NCBI GenBank assembly: GCA_965247685.1
Contig: OZ252021.1
Span: forward strand, 1,020,001-1,052,000
DNA length: 32,000 nucleotides
Source: Bdellovibrionales bacterium
GTDB taxonomy: Bacteria > Bdellovibrionota > Bdellovibrionia > Bdellovibrionales > UBA1609
Reading direction: 5' to 3'
Shown: piece after piece, positions 1 through 9,614 of the stretch
Numbering within the stretch: position 1 is the stretch's first letter
Layout: the number at the start of each line of letters is the position of its first letter
Program-made: the position numbers and the translations under genes
The notes under the pieces: generated by a model
What the model saw: only the letters and a program-made list of their open reading frames with translations
Told to the model about the DNA's origin: nothing
Database searches by the model: none

Positions 1-1716
1 CAAGAAGAAGATCAGATCGGAGTTCGGCTGGAAACTAAGGATTTAGGTCGTATTGATGCACATACAGCAAGACAAATTATTTCTCAAAGTATACGAATCG
101 CAGAACATCAAATGATTTTTAATGAATTTGAAAAGAGAAAAGGTGAAGTGGTCGGTGGTATAGTTCGTCGTGTAGAGCGGGGAGCAATCGTTGTCGATCT
201 AGATAAAACAGAATCCTATATTCCTCGAAGAGAGCAGATTCTTGGAGAAAAGTACAAGCCAGGAGATCGTATTCAAGGTTACATTTTAGAGGTGGAGCAA
301 ACAACAAGAGGCCCTCAAATTATTATGTCTCGGGCTCATCCTGAATATTTAATTAAGCTTTTTGAGTCTGAAGTTCCGGAGATTTATGAAGGAATAGTGA
401 AAATTAAAAAGGCAGCCAGAGAAGCAGGTCATAGAGCAAAAATTGCAGTGTATAGTTTAGACTCTGCCGTTCATCCTGTGGGTGCTTGTGTGGGGATGAA
501 GGGGTCTCGTGTTCAAAATATTACTCAAGAACTTAAAGGAGAGCGTATTGATGTAGTCATTTGGGATGAAAACCCTGTGCAATTTGTATGTAACGCTTTA
601 GCTCCTGCAAAAATTGCTAAAGTTTTTGTGGATGAAGAAAATAGAGCTATGGAAGTAGTAGTTCCCGATGATCAACTCTCTTTAGCTATTGGTAAAAGAG
701 GACAAAATGTTCGCTTAGCAGTTCAACTGACAGAGTGGAAGATCGATATTTTATCCGAACAAGGTTATGAAGAAAGAAGAAAACATTCCTTGTTTAATTT
801 ACAGTTGATTCCTCAAGTGAGCGAATCACAAGCACAAAACATCTTTCAATCTGGTGTGCAGACTGTTCAAGAGTTACAGGCTTTAAGCGTTGAAAGAATA
901 CAAAACATTCCGGGTTATGAATCTGAAGAAAAAGCACAAGCTTTGATTCAGGCCGCTAAAGATTTAGTGATGGAATATAAAAAGCAAAACAAAGAGTTTG
1001 AAATACCTCCGAGCACCGAAGAAGAAGTAAAGAATCAAAAACAATTAGGAGCTCAAGCGCAGGCTGATTTAAGGCTCAAAAGAGAGATGGAAAGATTAAA
1101 ATCTGATGATGAAGAATCTTCAGATGCAGAATCTAAACCTGATGAAAATGGCGAATCGGAGAATCAAAAAGAAGCGGTTTCAGCTCAAGAATCTGAAGAT
1201 ACTCCTACTCAACAAAAAGAAGCGGTCTCTGCTCAAGAATCTGAAGATGCTCCTGCTCAACAAAAAGAAGCGGTCTCTGCTCAAGAATCTGAAGATGCTT
1301 CTGCTCAAAAAGAAGCGGTTTCAGCTCAAGAGTCTGAAGATACTCCTGCTCAACAAAAAGAAACGGTCTCTGCTCAAGAGTCTGAAGATGCTCCTGCTCA
1401 AAAAGAAGCGGTTTCAGCTCAAGAGTCTGAAGATGCTCCTGCTCAAAAAGAAGCGGTCTCTGCTCAAGAATCTGAAGATGCTCCTGCTCAACAAAAAGAA
1501 GCGGTCTCTGCTCAAGAATCTGAAGATGCTTCTGCTCAAAAAGAAGCGGTTTCAGCTCAAGAATCTGAAGATACTCCTACTCAACAAAAAGAAACGGTCT
1601 CTGCTCAAGAGTCTGAAGATGCTCCTGCTCAAAAAGAAGCAAGTCATGATATTGAAGAATCCGTAGAAAATGTAGATAACAAACAAGAAGAGGATTCCTC
1701 TTCCACGGAGAAGTGA
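1..1716 (+). CDS. nusA: Transcription termination/antitermination factor NusA (5'-partial, runs off the window start) with an acidic tandem-repeat C-terminal tail
   Basis: Frame 1 is open from base 1: QEEDQIGVRLETKDLGRIDAHTARQIISQSIRIAEHQ precedes the tracked Met at 112, so the gene is truncated by the window edge. S1-like segment GEVVGGIVRRVERGAIVVDL. KH motifs GACVGMKGSRVQNI and SLAIGKRGQNVRLA. One HhH-like module follows. Lies directly upstream of infB as in most bacteria. Confidence 0.93.
   Translation, partial: QEEDQIGVRLETKDLGRIDAHTARQIISQSIRIAEHQMIFNEFEKRKGEVVGGIVRRVERGAIVVDLDKTESYIPRREQILGEKYKPGDRIQGYILEVEQTTRGPQIIMSRAHPEYLIKLFESEVPEIYEGIVKIKKAAREAGHRAKIAVYSLDSAVHPVGACVGMKGSRVQNITQELKGERIDVVIWDENPVQFVCNALAPAKIAKVFVDEENRAMEVVVPDDQLSLAIGKRGQNVRLAVQLTEWKIDILSEQGYEERRKHSLFNLQLIPQVSESQAQNIFQSGVQTVQELQALSVERIQNIPGYESEEKAQALIQAAKDLVMEYKKQNKEFEIPPSTEEEVKNQKQLGAQAQADLRLKREMERLKSDDEESSDAESKPDENGESENQKEAVSAQESEDTPTQQKEAVSAQESEDAPAQQKEAVSAQESEDASAQKEAVSAQESEDTPAQQKETVSAQESEDAPAQKEAVSAQESEDAPAQKEAVSAQESEDAPAQQKEAVSAQESEDASAQKEAVSAQESEDTPTQQKETVSAQESEDAPAQKEASHDIEESVENVDNKQEEDSSSTEK
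1165..1632 (+). repeat. Ten in-frame tandem repeats of 45 or 48 nt inside nusA, encoding (Q)KEAVSAQESED[AT][PS][AT]Q
   Basis: Read directly. Unit boundaries start at 1165, 1213, 1261, 1309, 1354, 1402, 1447, 1492, 1540 and 1585, ending at 1632. Units 3 and 8 are identical, and units 5 and 10 are identical. Block 1213-1401 is nearly duplicated at 1447-1632. Confidence 0.97.
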
Positions 1717-4124
1717 TGAAAGTATACGAGTTAGCTAAAGAATTTGGTATCAAGAGTACTGAGCTCGTTCAACGTATGAAGAAGGACTGGAAGATTCCAG
1801 TTCGTAGTTATATGGAAGTTTTGAACGAGGATATGGAAAAAACTGTCCGCCAAAAACTTCAAGCCGATCAGCAAAAAACGGAAACTGGAAAAGAAAAGAA
1901 AGTAGTTAAAAAAGTTGTTCGAAAGGCTGCTCAAAAAAAAGCTGTTCGGAAAGTTTCGCCTTCTAAGGTAGAAGCCCCAGTGAAACCTGCTGTGGAAGAA
2001 AAAGCTTCAAAACCACCTCGAAATATTATTCGAAGAAAAGCAGTAGAAGTCAAACAAATCATTGAGCAAAAAGAATCTGCTGTAATATTAGATAAGGAGG
2101 CTTCTTCTGTAGAAGAAGAAGTTTTAAAAACAGAGGAACAAGTTTCTCTTAAAGAAAAACTGCGCAGTACCGATTTACAGCCTTCAGAAGAAGAAACTGT
2201 AGAAGAAGAAAAGAAGAAAGCTAAGAAAACTGCAGATAAAGAAGCTCCTGTTCAAAAGTTTAAGGCGGCTGATTTTAGAAAGCGTGAAGTTGTTTTTCAA
2301 CCAAAGAAGAAAAAATATGCCCTCATAGGACATCAGTTTAAAAAAACGCAATTAACTACTCCTAAAGAACATAAAAGAGTGATTAAATTTTATGGTCCTT
2401 TGACTGTCCAAGAGCTTTCAATACAAATGAATATGAAATCGAATAAACTGCTCAATAAATTAAAACAAGAAGGTATGCCTGCTGAAACACAAACGGTTTT
2501 AGATTTAGATATTGTTTCTCTTATTGTTCCTGAGTTTGGTTTTGAAGTTAAAGATCAACAAAAAACTTTTAAAGATCTTTTAGAAGAATTAAAATATGGA
2601 GATTTGAAATCTCCTCCAGTTTTATGTCCACCTGTGGTGACTGTTATGGGTCATGTGGATCACGGAAAGACTACATTACTGGATAATTTAAGAAAAACAA
2701 GAGTAGTGGAAAAAGAAGCCGGAGGAATCACGCAACATATTGGAGCTTACAGTCTTCCTGTAGGTTCTTCTTTTATTACTTTTGTAGATACTCCTGGTCA
2801 TGAAGCGTTTGCAGAAATGCGGGCTCGAGGAGCGCAAATTACAAATATTGTCGTTATTGTTGTTGCTGCAGATGATGGAGTTAATTCTCAAACAGTGGAG
2901 GCAATTAAACATGCTCAATCTGCCAAAGTTCCAATTATTGTGGCTATTAATAAGATGGATAAACCCACTGCAGATGCAGAAAAAGTGAAACAACAAATGT
3001 CGCAACACAATTTAGTTCCAGAAGAGTGGGGTGGAGATGTAATCTTTGTTCCTATTTCTGCTTTAAAAGGAGATGGAACAAAAGAACTCTTAGAACAAAT
3101 ATCTTTAGTTGCAGAGATGCAGGAAATTAAAGCTAATCCTAAGCAGTCAGCTCAAGGGGTCGTGATAGAAAGTCGAATGGAAAAAGGCCGTGGATGGGTA
3201 GCTACTGTTATTGTTCAAAATGGAACACTAAAAAAAGCAGATTATATTATGACAGAATCTTTGATTGGTCGAGTTCGTCAGATGATGAATGATCAAGGTA
3301 AAAGTGTCAATTCTATGGGGCCTGGATTTCCAGTAGAAATTTCTGGCTTTGAGGATGCTCCAAGAGTGGGAGACTTGTTTATCTCAGTTCAGAATGAGAA
3401 AGAAGCTCGTCAATTTTTGTTAATGCAAATGCGGAAACAGACAAAAAAATCTTCAGATCAAGCTCCTCTATCTGCTGAAGAATTGCTCAAAATGTATACG
3501 AGTAAAATCAAAGAACTTACTCTCATTGTTAAAGCTGATGTGGGGGGAAGTTTAGAAGCTATTAAAAATAGTTTATCAAAGATCACATCCGATGAGATTA
3601 AATTAAATATTATTCATTCTGGATTGGGTGGAATTACAGAAAGTGATGTTTTGTTAGCGACAACTACTCAATCTGAAATCATTGGTTTTAATGTTCGTGC
3701 AGATTCAAAGTCTGAAAGTTTAGCTCAAACTCACAATGTTCCTATTTGGAATTATACTATTATTTATGAACTGCTAGATGGTGTGAAGAAAAGAGCTATT
3801 GGAGCTCTCGATCCTTTCTTAGTGGATGAAGAGTGTGGCAAGGCTCAGGTGCGTGAGGTCTTTACCATTACAGGCGTAGGTGCTATTGCAGGAAGTTATG
3901 TGACTTCAGGAAAGATAGGGCGTCATAATCTAGCACGGTTAGTGAGAGATGGGCGAGTGGTTTATGAGGGTAAAATCAACAGTTTAAGAAGATTTAAAGA
4001 TGATGCAAAAGAAGTAGATGAGAACTTTGAATGTGGTATTGGACTAGAAAATTTTAATGATATCAAAGCCGACGATATAATTGAAACTTATATTAAAAAA
4101 GAAATTGCTCGTACAGATTTATAG
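1716..4124 (+). CDS. infB: Translation initiation factor IF-2
   Basis: IF2_N-like start MKVYELAKEFGI, then a Lys/Glu-rich linker. GTPase motifs GHVDHGKTTLLD, DTPGHEAF and NKMD. The ATG at 1716 shares its A with the nusA TGA (1714-1716), with GGAG 5 nt upstream. GTG at 1713 is the alternative start. Confidence 0.95.
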   Translation: MKVYELAKEFGIKSTELVQRMKKDWKIPVRSYMEVLNEDMEKTVRQKLQADQQKTETGKEKKVVKKVVRKAAQKKAVRKVSPSKVEAPVKPAVEEKASKPPRNIIRRKAVEVKQIIEQKESAVILDKEASSVEEEVLKTEEQVSLKEKLRSTDLQPSEEETVEEEKKKAKKTADKEAPVQKFKAADFRKREVVFQPKKKKYALIGHQFKKTQLTTPKEHKRVIKFYGPLTVQELSIQMNMKSNKLLNKLKQEGMPAETQTVLDLDIVSLIVPEFGFEVKDQQKTFKDLLEELKYGDLKSPPVLCPPVVTVMGHVDHGKTTLLDNLRKTRVVEKEAGGITQHIGAYSLPVGSSFITFVDTPGHEAFAEMRARGAQITNIVVIVVAADDGVNSQTVEAIKHAQSAKVPIIVAINKMDKPTADAEKVKQQMSQHNLVPEEWGGDVIFVPISALKGDGTKELLEQISLVAEMQEIKANPKQSAQGVVIESRMEKGRGWVATVIVQNGTLKKADYIMTESLIGRVRQMMNDQGKSVNSMGPGFPVEISGFEDAPRVGDLFISVQNEKEARQFLLMQMRKQTKKSSDQAPLSAEELLKMYTSKIKELTLIVKADVGGSLEAIKNSLSKITSDEIKLNIIHSGLGGITESDVLLATTTQSEIIGFNVRADSKSESLAQTHNVPIWNYTIIYELLDGVKKRAIGALDPFLVDEECGKAQVREVFTITGVGAIAGSYVTSGKIGRHNLARLVRDGRVVYEGKINSLRRFKDDAKEVDENFECGIGLENFNDIKADDIIETYIKKEIARTDL

Positions 4125-4175
4125 AGTTGTTCTTTATTTTTTGGAATTAAAGAGTGACTCGAGGAGTGTAGGAAA

Positions 4176-4529
4176 ATGGCTTATTCACGATTGGTTAAAA
4201 TTCAAAAAAATTTACACCGTGTTTTAATGGATTATTTTTTAATTAAAAGTTCGGCTTCTTATCCTGGTGTTATTTCTATTAAAGAGCTTCAAATACAGCC
4301 TAATCTGAGAAAATGTAATGTGTATATTTCTGTTATGGGGTCTTTAAAGGATGTTCGAACAGCACGTAATCTTCTTGAAGAAAATCGCGCAGAAATGGTT
4401 CACTGGGTGAATCGTCGTTTGCGTATGAAGTATTGTCCTTATTTTCAATTTTTTGTTAACCATGTGGATTGGTCCCTGTCTTCGGTGGAAGAAAAACTAT
4501 TCCACTTAAAAGAAAAAAATGAGCTTTAG
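4176..4529 (+). CDS. rbfA: Ribosome-binding factor A
   Basis: 117 aa, sitting between infB and truB. RbfA-like pattern: RLVKIQKNLHRVL...ISIKELQIQPNLRKCNVYISV...RLRMKYCPYFQF. AGGA-type RBS just upstream. Confidence 0.82.
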   Translation: MAYSRLVKIQKNLHRVLMDYFLIKSSASYPGVISIKELQIQPNLRKCNVYISVMGSLKDVRTARNLLEENRAEMVHWVNRRLRMKYCPYFQFFVNHVDWSLSSVEEKLFHLKEKNEL

Positions 4530-4535
4530 TTTCTT

Positions 4536-5444
4536 ATGATTTCTGGTTTATTACTTTTAGATAAACCTTGCGGAATGACTAGTCATCAACTAGTCCATCG
4601 AGTTCGAAAAATTTTAAATCAAAAACAGGTGGGACATTGTGGAACTTTAGATCCTGTGGCTCAAGGGCTTATGGTTCTTCTTTTAGGTCAGGCTTGTCGT
4701 TTATCTCAGTATCTTCTTTCAAAAGATAAGGTGTATGAGTTAACTATGAAGCTTGGGCAGACGACAGATACTTTAGATAAGGAAGGTCAGATTTTAGTTA
4801 CAAAAAATGTGGACTTGAAACAAACGGATATTCAAGAAACCTTAAAAAAGAGTTTAGGATGCTTAGAATTGGAAGTTCCTGCCTTTTCTGCAGTCAAATA
4901 CAAAGGGAAAAAACTTTACGAATATGCACGTAGGGATGAATCCGGACCAGTCATTAAAAAAGAAATGTTTTTTTACAATCTATCTATTCAGTCTATTTAT
5001 AAGGATGAAGTTCAGGTAAGGCTTTCTTGCCATAAAGGGGGTTATATCCGATCTTGGGTTCATTTGATTGGGGAAAAATTAGGAGTGGGGGCTCATCTTT
5101 TGCATTTAAAAAGATTAGCATCTATACCGTATTTTTTAGACCAAAGTATTTCTCTTTCTCAGTTTGAATTAAGATCTAAGCAAAGTCCTTCGGAATGGAT
5201 GAATCAAGTCTCATTTTTTATTCCTATGAAACAAGCTCTCCCTCATATTCCGAGTGTGGACTTAAATCATAGGGAAGAAAGGTTATTTTGTCACGGTCAG
5301 GTCCCATACTCTTGTCAGGAAAGATGGCCTCAAGGTGAATTCCGAGTAATACGAGTGATGAGTGCTTCGAATAAGAGGTTGCTTGGATTGGTTCAGATGA
5401 GCGACTTGAGGAAACCTTGTATTTTAGGTGTCTTTTCAAGTTGA
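4536..5444 (+). CDS. truB: tRNA pseudouridine(55) synthase TruB
   Basis: GLLLLDKPCGMTSH and the catalytic-Asp motif GHCGTLDPVAQGLMVLLLG. Conserved position after rbfA. Confidence 0.93.
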   Translation: MISGLLLLDKPCGMTSHQLVHRVRKILNQKQVGHCGTLDPVAQGLMVLLLGQACRLSQYLLSKDKVYELTMKLGQTTDTLDKEGQILVTKNVDLKQTDIQETLKKSLGCLELEVPAFSAVKYKGKKLYEYARRDESGPVIKKEMFFYNLSIQSIYKDEVQVRLSCHKGGYIRSWVHLIGEKLGVGAHLLHLKRLASIPYFLDQSISLSQFELRSKQSPSEWMNQVSFFIPMKQALPHIPSVDLNHREERLFCHGQVPYSCQERWPQGEFRVIRVMSASNKRLLGLVQMSDLRKPCILGVFSS

Positions 5445-5467
5445 CCTGTTAGGAATTTTCATCTAGT

Positions 5468-5737
5468 GTGAATTTCGTTATGACACAAAAAGAAATTAAT
5501 ATGAAAGATTTTCGTCGTAGTTCTGCAGACACAGGGAGTTCTGAGGTGCAGATTGCTCAATTGACACATAGAATTTTCTCTCTGACTGGGCATTTTCAAA
5601 AACATAAAAAAGATTTTCATTCTCAGTTAGGGTTGATTAAAATTATTAGTCGACGAAAGAGGTTGCTTTCCTACTTAAAGAGTGTAAAGTTTGATAATTA
5701 TCAAAAGGTCGTTCGTCAGTTAGGTTTAAGAAAGTAG
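5468..5737 (+). CDS. rpsO: 30S ribosomal protein S15
   Basis: DTGSSEVQIAQLTHRI..LTGHFQKHKKDFHSQLGL...RRKRLLSYLK...LGLRK. The GTG start at 5468 gives the canonical 89 aa, with AGGA 13 nt upstream. The in-frame ATG at 5480 is an alternative. Confidence 0.9.
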   Translation: MNFVMTQKEINMKDFRRSSADTGSSEVQIAQLTHRIFSLTGHFQKHKKDFHSQLGLIKIISRRKRLLSYLKSVKFDNYQKVVRQLGLRK

Positions 5738-5788
5738 TCTATTTAATCCCATTTTATTTATTTATTTTATTATTATAAGGAGTTTATA

Positions 5789-7864
5789 ATGTCTCTTCAA
5801 AAGTGTGTTGTGCGAATTAACAATCAAGAAATTCAAATTGAGACAGGTCGTCTAGCTAAACAGGCAGACGGGTCTGTGTTAGTTACTTGTGGGGAAGATG
5901 TTGTTTTAGTGACAGTTGTCTCTTCACATGAGGATTCTTTCCAAGATTTTCTCCCTATGACGGTAGAGTATCAAGAAAGATTTTATGCTTCCGGTAGAAT
6001 TCCTGGAGGTTTTTTTAAAAGAGAAGGGCGTCCTTCACAAAATGCTATTTTGTCTGCTCGTATGATGGATCGTCCTTTACGTCCATGTTTTCCTGAGGGT
6101 TATCGTCGAGATACTCAAGTTGTGGCTACAGTTCTAAGTTATAGTGGTCAGTATCCTTTAGATGTTTTATCAACATTAGGTGCTTCTGCAGCATTGCATA
6201 TTAGTGATATTCCTTTTGCAGGGCCTGTCGCTTCCGTGCAGATTGTACGTGCGGATGGAGAGTTTAAAGTTAATCCGCAACCTGAACTTTGTGCCAAAGC
6301 TGATATTAATTTATTCATCTCTGGGACTCAAAAAGGGTTATTGATGGTTGAGGGAGAAGCTCTTTTTGCAAAAGAAAAAGATATTCTAAAAGCTTTAAAG
6401 AAAGGTCATGAGTTCATTCAGTCGTTACTAAAAGTACAAGAAGAATTAAGAGAAAAAACGGGTGCAAAAGTCAAAAGAGAGTGGAAACCATTAGAGCAGG
6501 ACGATTCTTTATTTCAAGAAGTTAAAAAGCTTTATGAGGGTAAAATTTTAAAGAGCTTAACTATTCCTACAAAAAATGAAAGATATGCGGCTTTAAGAGA
6601 TTTAAAAAAAGAGATGAAAGAGCATTATTCTTTTGAAGATGAAAAAAAAGAAAAATTATTGCTATCTGCTCTTGATCAACTTAAGTATCAAATTTCTCGT
6701 CATTTGATATTGGATAAAAATACTCGTATTGATGGTCGAAAATTGGATGAAATTCGATCTGTTGCTTGTGAAGTGGGAGTGCTTCCAAGAACTCATGGTT
6801 CAAGTTTATTTACTCGAGGAGAAACTCAGGTTTTATCTTCCATTACTTTGGGTACAGAAGACGATGCTCAACTGCTAGACGACTTATCAGGTATAGATAA
6901 AAAAAGATTTTTGCTTCACTATAATTTCCCTCCATTTTGTGTTGGTGAAACAGGTCGAATGGGAGGTCAAAGCCGTCGTGAGATTGGACATGGTTTCTTA
7001 GCTGAAAAGGCTTTAAAGCCTGTTCTTCCAAGCCTCGACTCTTTTCCTTACACACTTCGTTTAGTGAGTGAAGTATTGGAGTCTAACGGTTCTAGTTCTA
7101 TGGGTACAGTTTGTGCAGGTTCTTTAGCTCTTATGGATGCAGGGGTGCCTGTTCCAACTCCTATTGCAGGGATTGCGATGGGTCTCATTAAGGAAGGGGA
7201 CAAAACAGCTATTCTTTCAGATATTCTAGGAGATGAAGACTATTTAGGAGATATGGATTTTAAAGTGGCGGGGAGTGCTGAGGGTGTGACAGCAGTTCAA
7301 ATGGATATTAAAATTGACAGCCTTACTTTTGATGTGATCGAGAAAGCTCTCGACCAAGCTCACAAGGGGCGGTTGCATATTTTGTCTTGCATGGATCAGG
7401 TTTTATCTCAGCATCGAACTTCGTTATCTACTTATGCTCCTCGTATTGAGACTATGAAAATTAATCCAAATAAAATTCGTGAGGTTATAGGCTCAGGTGG
7501 AAAAATGATTAATTCCATCATTCAAGATACGGGTGTGAAGATTGATATTAACGATGATGGAACTATTAATCTAGCATCAGCGGATGAAAGTTCTATTCAG
7601 AAAGCTAAGGGGATTATTGATAAAATTTGTGAAGATGTGGAAGTGGGTAAAATCTATGAAGGTTTGGTTAAAAAACTTGCAGATTTTGGAGCTTTTGTAG
7701 AGGTCTTACCAAATACCACAGGGCTTCTTCATATTTCTGAAATGGCTCATAAAAGAACCGAGAAAGTGTCTGATGTTGTTCGTGAGGGAGATCGTGTAAA
7801 AGTGAAAGTGATGGAAGTTAAAAACGGTCGTATTCGGCTGAGCATTAAAGCTATCGATAGATAA
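5789..7864 (+). CDS. pnp: Polyribonucleotide nucleotidyltransferase (PNPase)
   Basis: Two RNase PH-like halves (GRIPGGFFKREGRPS; GDEDYLGDMDFKVAG), a KH domain (IREVIGSGGKMINSI) and a C-terminal S1 domain (VGKIYEGLVKKLADFGAFVEV). AAGGAG lies 6 nt before the ATG. Confidence 0.96.
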   Translation: MSLQKCVVRINNQEIQIETGRLAKQADGSVLVTCGEDVVLVTVVSSHEDSFQDFLPMTVEYQERFYASGRIPGGFFKREGRPSQNAILSARMMDRPLRPCFPEGYRRDTQVVATVLSYSGQYPLDVLSTLGASAALHISDIPFAGPVASVQIVRADGEFKVNPQPELCAKADINLFISGTQKGLLMVEGEALFAKEKDILKALKKGHEFIQSLLKVQEELREKTGAKVKREWKPLEQDDSLFQEVKKLYEGKILKSLTIPTKNERYAALRDLKKEMKEHYSFEDEKKEKLLLSALDQLKYQISRHLILDKNTRIDGRKLDEIRSVACEVGVLPRTHGSSLFTRGETQVLSSITLGTEDDAQLLDDLSGIDKKRFLLHYNFPPFCVGETGRMGGQSRREIGHGFLAEKALKPVLPSLDSFPYTLRLVSEVLESNGSSSMGTVCAGSLALMDAGVPVPTPIAGIAMGLIKEGDKTAILSDILGDEDYLGDMDFKVAGSAEGVTAVQMDIKIDSLTFDVIEKALDQAHKGRLHILSCMDQVLSQHRTSLSTYAPRIETMKINPNKIREVIGSGGKMINSIIQDTGVKIDINDDGTINLASADESSIQKAKGIIDKICEDVEVGKIYEGLVKKLADFGAFVEVLPNTTGLLHISEMAHKRTEKVSDVVREGDRVKVKVMEVKNGRIRLSIKAIDR

Positions 7865-7875
7865 TTTCCTCGTTT

Positions 7876-9450
7876 TTAAAACTGATTAAAAGGCTCTTGA
7901 CAATTCTTCTTTTTCCTCTCTGAAAACAGTTTACGTTGAGCCTTTCTATAGTTTCTTCTTGCGAGTTCAAGGAATATTTTTTCAGAATAAGTAGGGCTAG
8001 AACTTGCCATTAATTGTGCCAACTCAAAGGAAGCAGCTGGGAAGTTTTGCTGATGGGCTAATTCTAAAAGTTCTAAATCCAAGTTTACAAATTCTTTTGA
8101 TGTCAAAATGGATTCCTCTTGGATTGGGGAACCTTTTTTTTCTGCAAACAAAATCAATTGAGCTAACAAATATTGAGCAGGGGGAAAATGAGTTGTGTCT
8201 ATAAAGGGAATCAATAGATTGTGAACAAATGTATCCATCCTTTCAGCGGGGATGATTTTTTGATTAAGAATCTTTCCTACTTCATTTTTAATGAATCTAA
8301 ATCGAGATATCAGATGTCCCCTGATATTTGCCTTGAGAAGAAACCGTTCAGATTGTATACTATAACGATCCAGTTTAAAAAACTTATAAAATTGAAATAA
8401 AACATTAGGATTTTCTGTTTGAGATAATAATTTAGACAAAGTTTCTTCGATTTGTTTGTCTACTTCATGATGTTCCCATCTGTCACTGAGTTGAAATTCG
8501 ATTAATTGAGATAATACTTTTTTCAAAGCATCGTCTTTCTTATAGTATTTATTCAATTGATATTGACTACGTTCCTTTCCAACGTTTATGGGGACGAATA
8601 CGTAATTTTTATTCAATTGAGATTCGTGATATTCCTGAAATTTATTTTTTGAATTTCTAATGGTATCTTGCAAAGCAGATCCATCTAATACATAAAGGTA
8701 GTTTCCATCTGTAGGATCGGTAAAAATTCCGTGAACAATTTTATGACTAGAATCTAAAATAGGAAGCCCTTTCGCCGAAGCAAATGCATTCCATTCATCT
8801 TCATTCGGAGAGTCAGTAGGGTTTTCTAATGCAACAAAACTATGAGATATCGTTTTATGCTCTTGAGGAGAGAAGTTGACTACTGTGAGTTTGGGTTGCT
8901 TCCTTTTTATTGGTTTAATTTTGCTTTCGCTTTTTATCAGTTTAAGTTCTCCTTCAGTATCTTTATCAAAAGGCACAAGAAGCTCTCTTTTGTACTTTTT
9001 TAAAGGTATATACTGATATGGACTTTGAAATTGTTTATTATGATATAACAGATAAAAATCTTTTATCTTTTCCACTGCATCCAGTTCAAGAAAAGGGCCT
9101 TCATATTCTGGAATTTTTACTAGCAATATACCTTTTTGTAAGTCAAAATAACTTTCTCCCAGATTGAGGGATATATCTTTTTTTCCATTTTGAGATATGA
9201 GTAAATGTGTATGAGTTCCGTATCTTATGGAATATAGTTTTTCAAAGTTTTCGATGTAAACCACAAAGATACGATCTTTAATAAAAAATCCCCAATGTTC
9301 AATATATTTCTCTTCTGAGTCTTTATGATGGTAATAAGAATTTTGAGTACGTATTCTAGGTTGTATATCGTAAATCTCTTGTGAGAGAGAGGAGAGTGTA
9401 TAAATCCCTATTGAGAATAAAAAAATGTAATGATAATAGAGATTTTTCAT
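7876..9450 (-). CDS. Hypothetical exported protein (N-terminal signal or anchor), family not recognised
   Basis: 524-aa uninterrupted ORF. Hydrophobic N-terminus MKNLYYHYIFLFSIGIYTLSSLSQ. I recognise no catalytic or domain motif. Confidence 0.6.
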   Translation of the reverse strand: MKNLYYHYIFLFSIGIYTLSSLSQEIYDIQPRIRTQNSYYHHKDSEEKYIEHWGFFIKDRIFVVYIENFEKLYSIRYGTHTHLLISQNGKKDISLNLGESYFDLQKGILLVKIPEYEGPFLELDAVEKIKDFYLLYHNKQFQSPYQYIPLKKYKRELLVPFDKDTEGELKLIKSESKIKPIKRKQPKLTVVNFSPQEHKTISHSFVALENPTDSPNEDEWNAFASAKGLPILDSSHKIVHGIFTDPTDGNYLYVLDGSALQDTIRNSKNKFQEYHESQLNKNYVFVPINVGKERSQYQLNKYYKKDDALKKVLSQLIEFQLSDRWEHHEVDKQIEETLSKLLSQTENPNVLFQFYKFFKLDRYSIQSERFLLKANIRGHLISRFRFIKNEVGKILNQKIIPAERMDTFVHNLLIPFIDTTHFPPAQYLLAQLILFAEKKGSPIQEESILTSKEFVNLDLELLELAHQQNFPAASFELAQLMASSSPTYSEKIFLELARRNYRKAQRKLFSERKKKNCQEPFNQF

Positions 9451-9614
9451 TATTCTGCTCTCTTTTATAATTGTTTGTTGAATAACCCTTCTTTAGATAA
9501 TGGTTGCAAGATAGCATCATAAACCATTGAGGTATAGAGGGTGTGAAATTTTTTCATAGTTTTTAATTTTTTCTTATCTTAATAGTATTATTCGATTTGG
9601 AGGTGATATACAGC

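Noticed and set aside
1165-1632. Possible CRISPR-like array, given its regular 45-48-nt periodicity
   Set aside because: The units are directly adjacent with no unique spacers. They sit in frame inside nusA and encode a coherent peptide repeat.
1106-1666. 186-aa alternative-frame ORF (KKKRSLLKNLKMLLL... repeats) overlapping nusA
   Set aside because: It is the +1 frame of the nusA tandem repeat. It stays open only because the repeat unit lacks stops in that frame. It has no RBS and is pure low complexity.
2688-3008. Antisense ORFs inside infB, and similar 60-106-aa antisense or alternative-frame ORFs inside nusA, pnp, the helicase gene, rpoH, tilS, polA, mvaA, mpl and the Cys-rich genes
   Set aside because: All are embedded in strongly supported conserved genes. 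They are short, lack an RBS and have odd composition, which is typical of chance ORFs in AT-rich DNA.
5738-5788. rpsO-pnp spacer examined for the RNase III-processed regulatory hairpin known from E. coli
   Set aside because: The spacer is 51 nt of A/T-rich sequence with (tatt)n-like runs and no evident stem. Only the AAGGAG RBS is supportable.
9465-9557. 30-codon minus-strand small ORF (MKKFHTLYTSMVYDAILQPLSKEGLFNKQL) in the helicase/orphan-gene intergenic gap
   Set aside because: There is no Shine-Dalgarno sequence upstream and nothing distinctive about the peptide. It cannot be supported from sequence alone.
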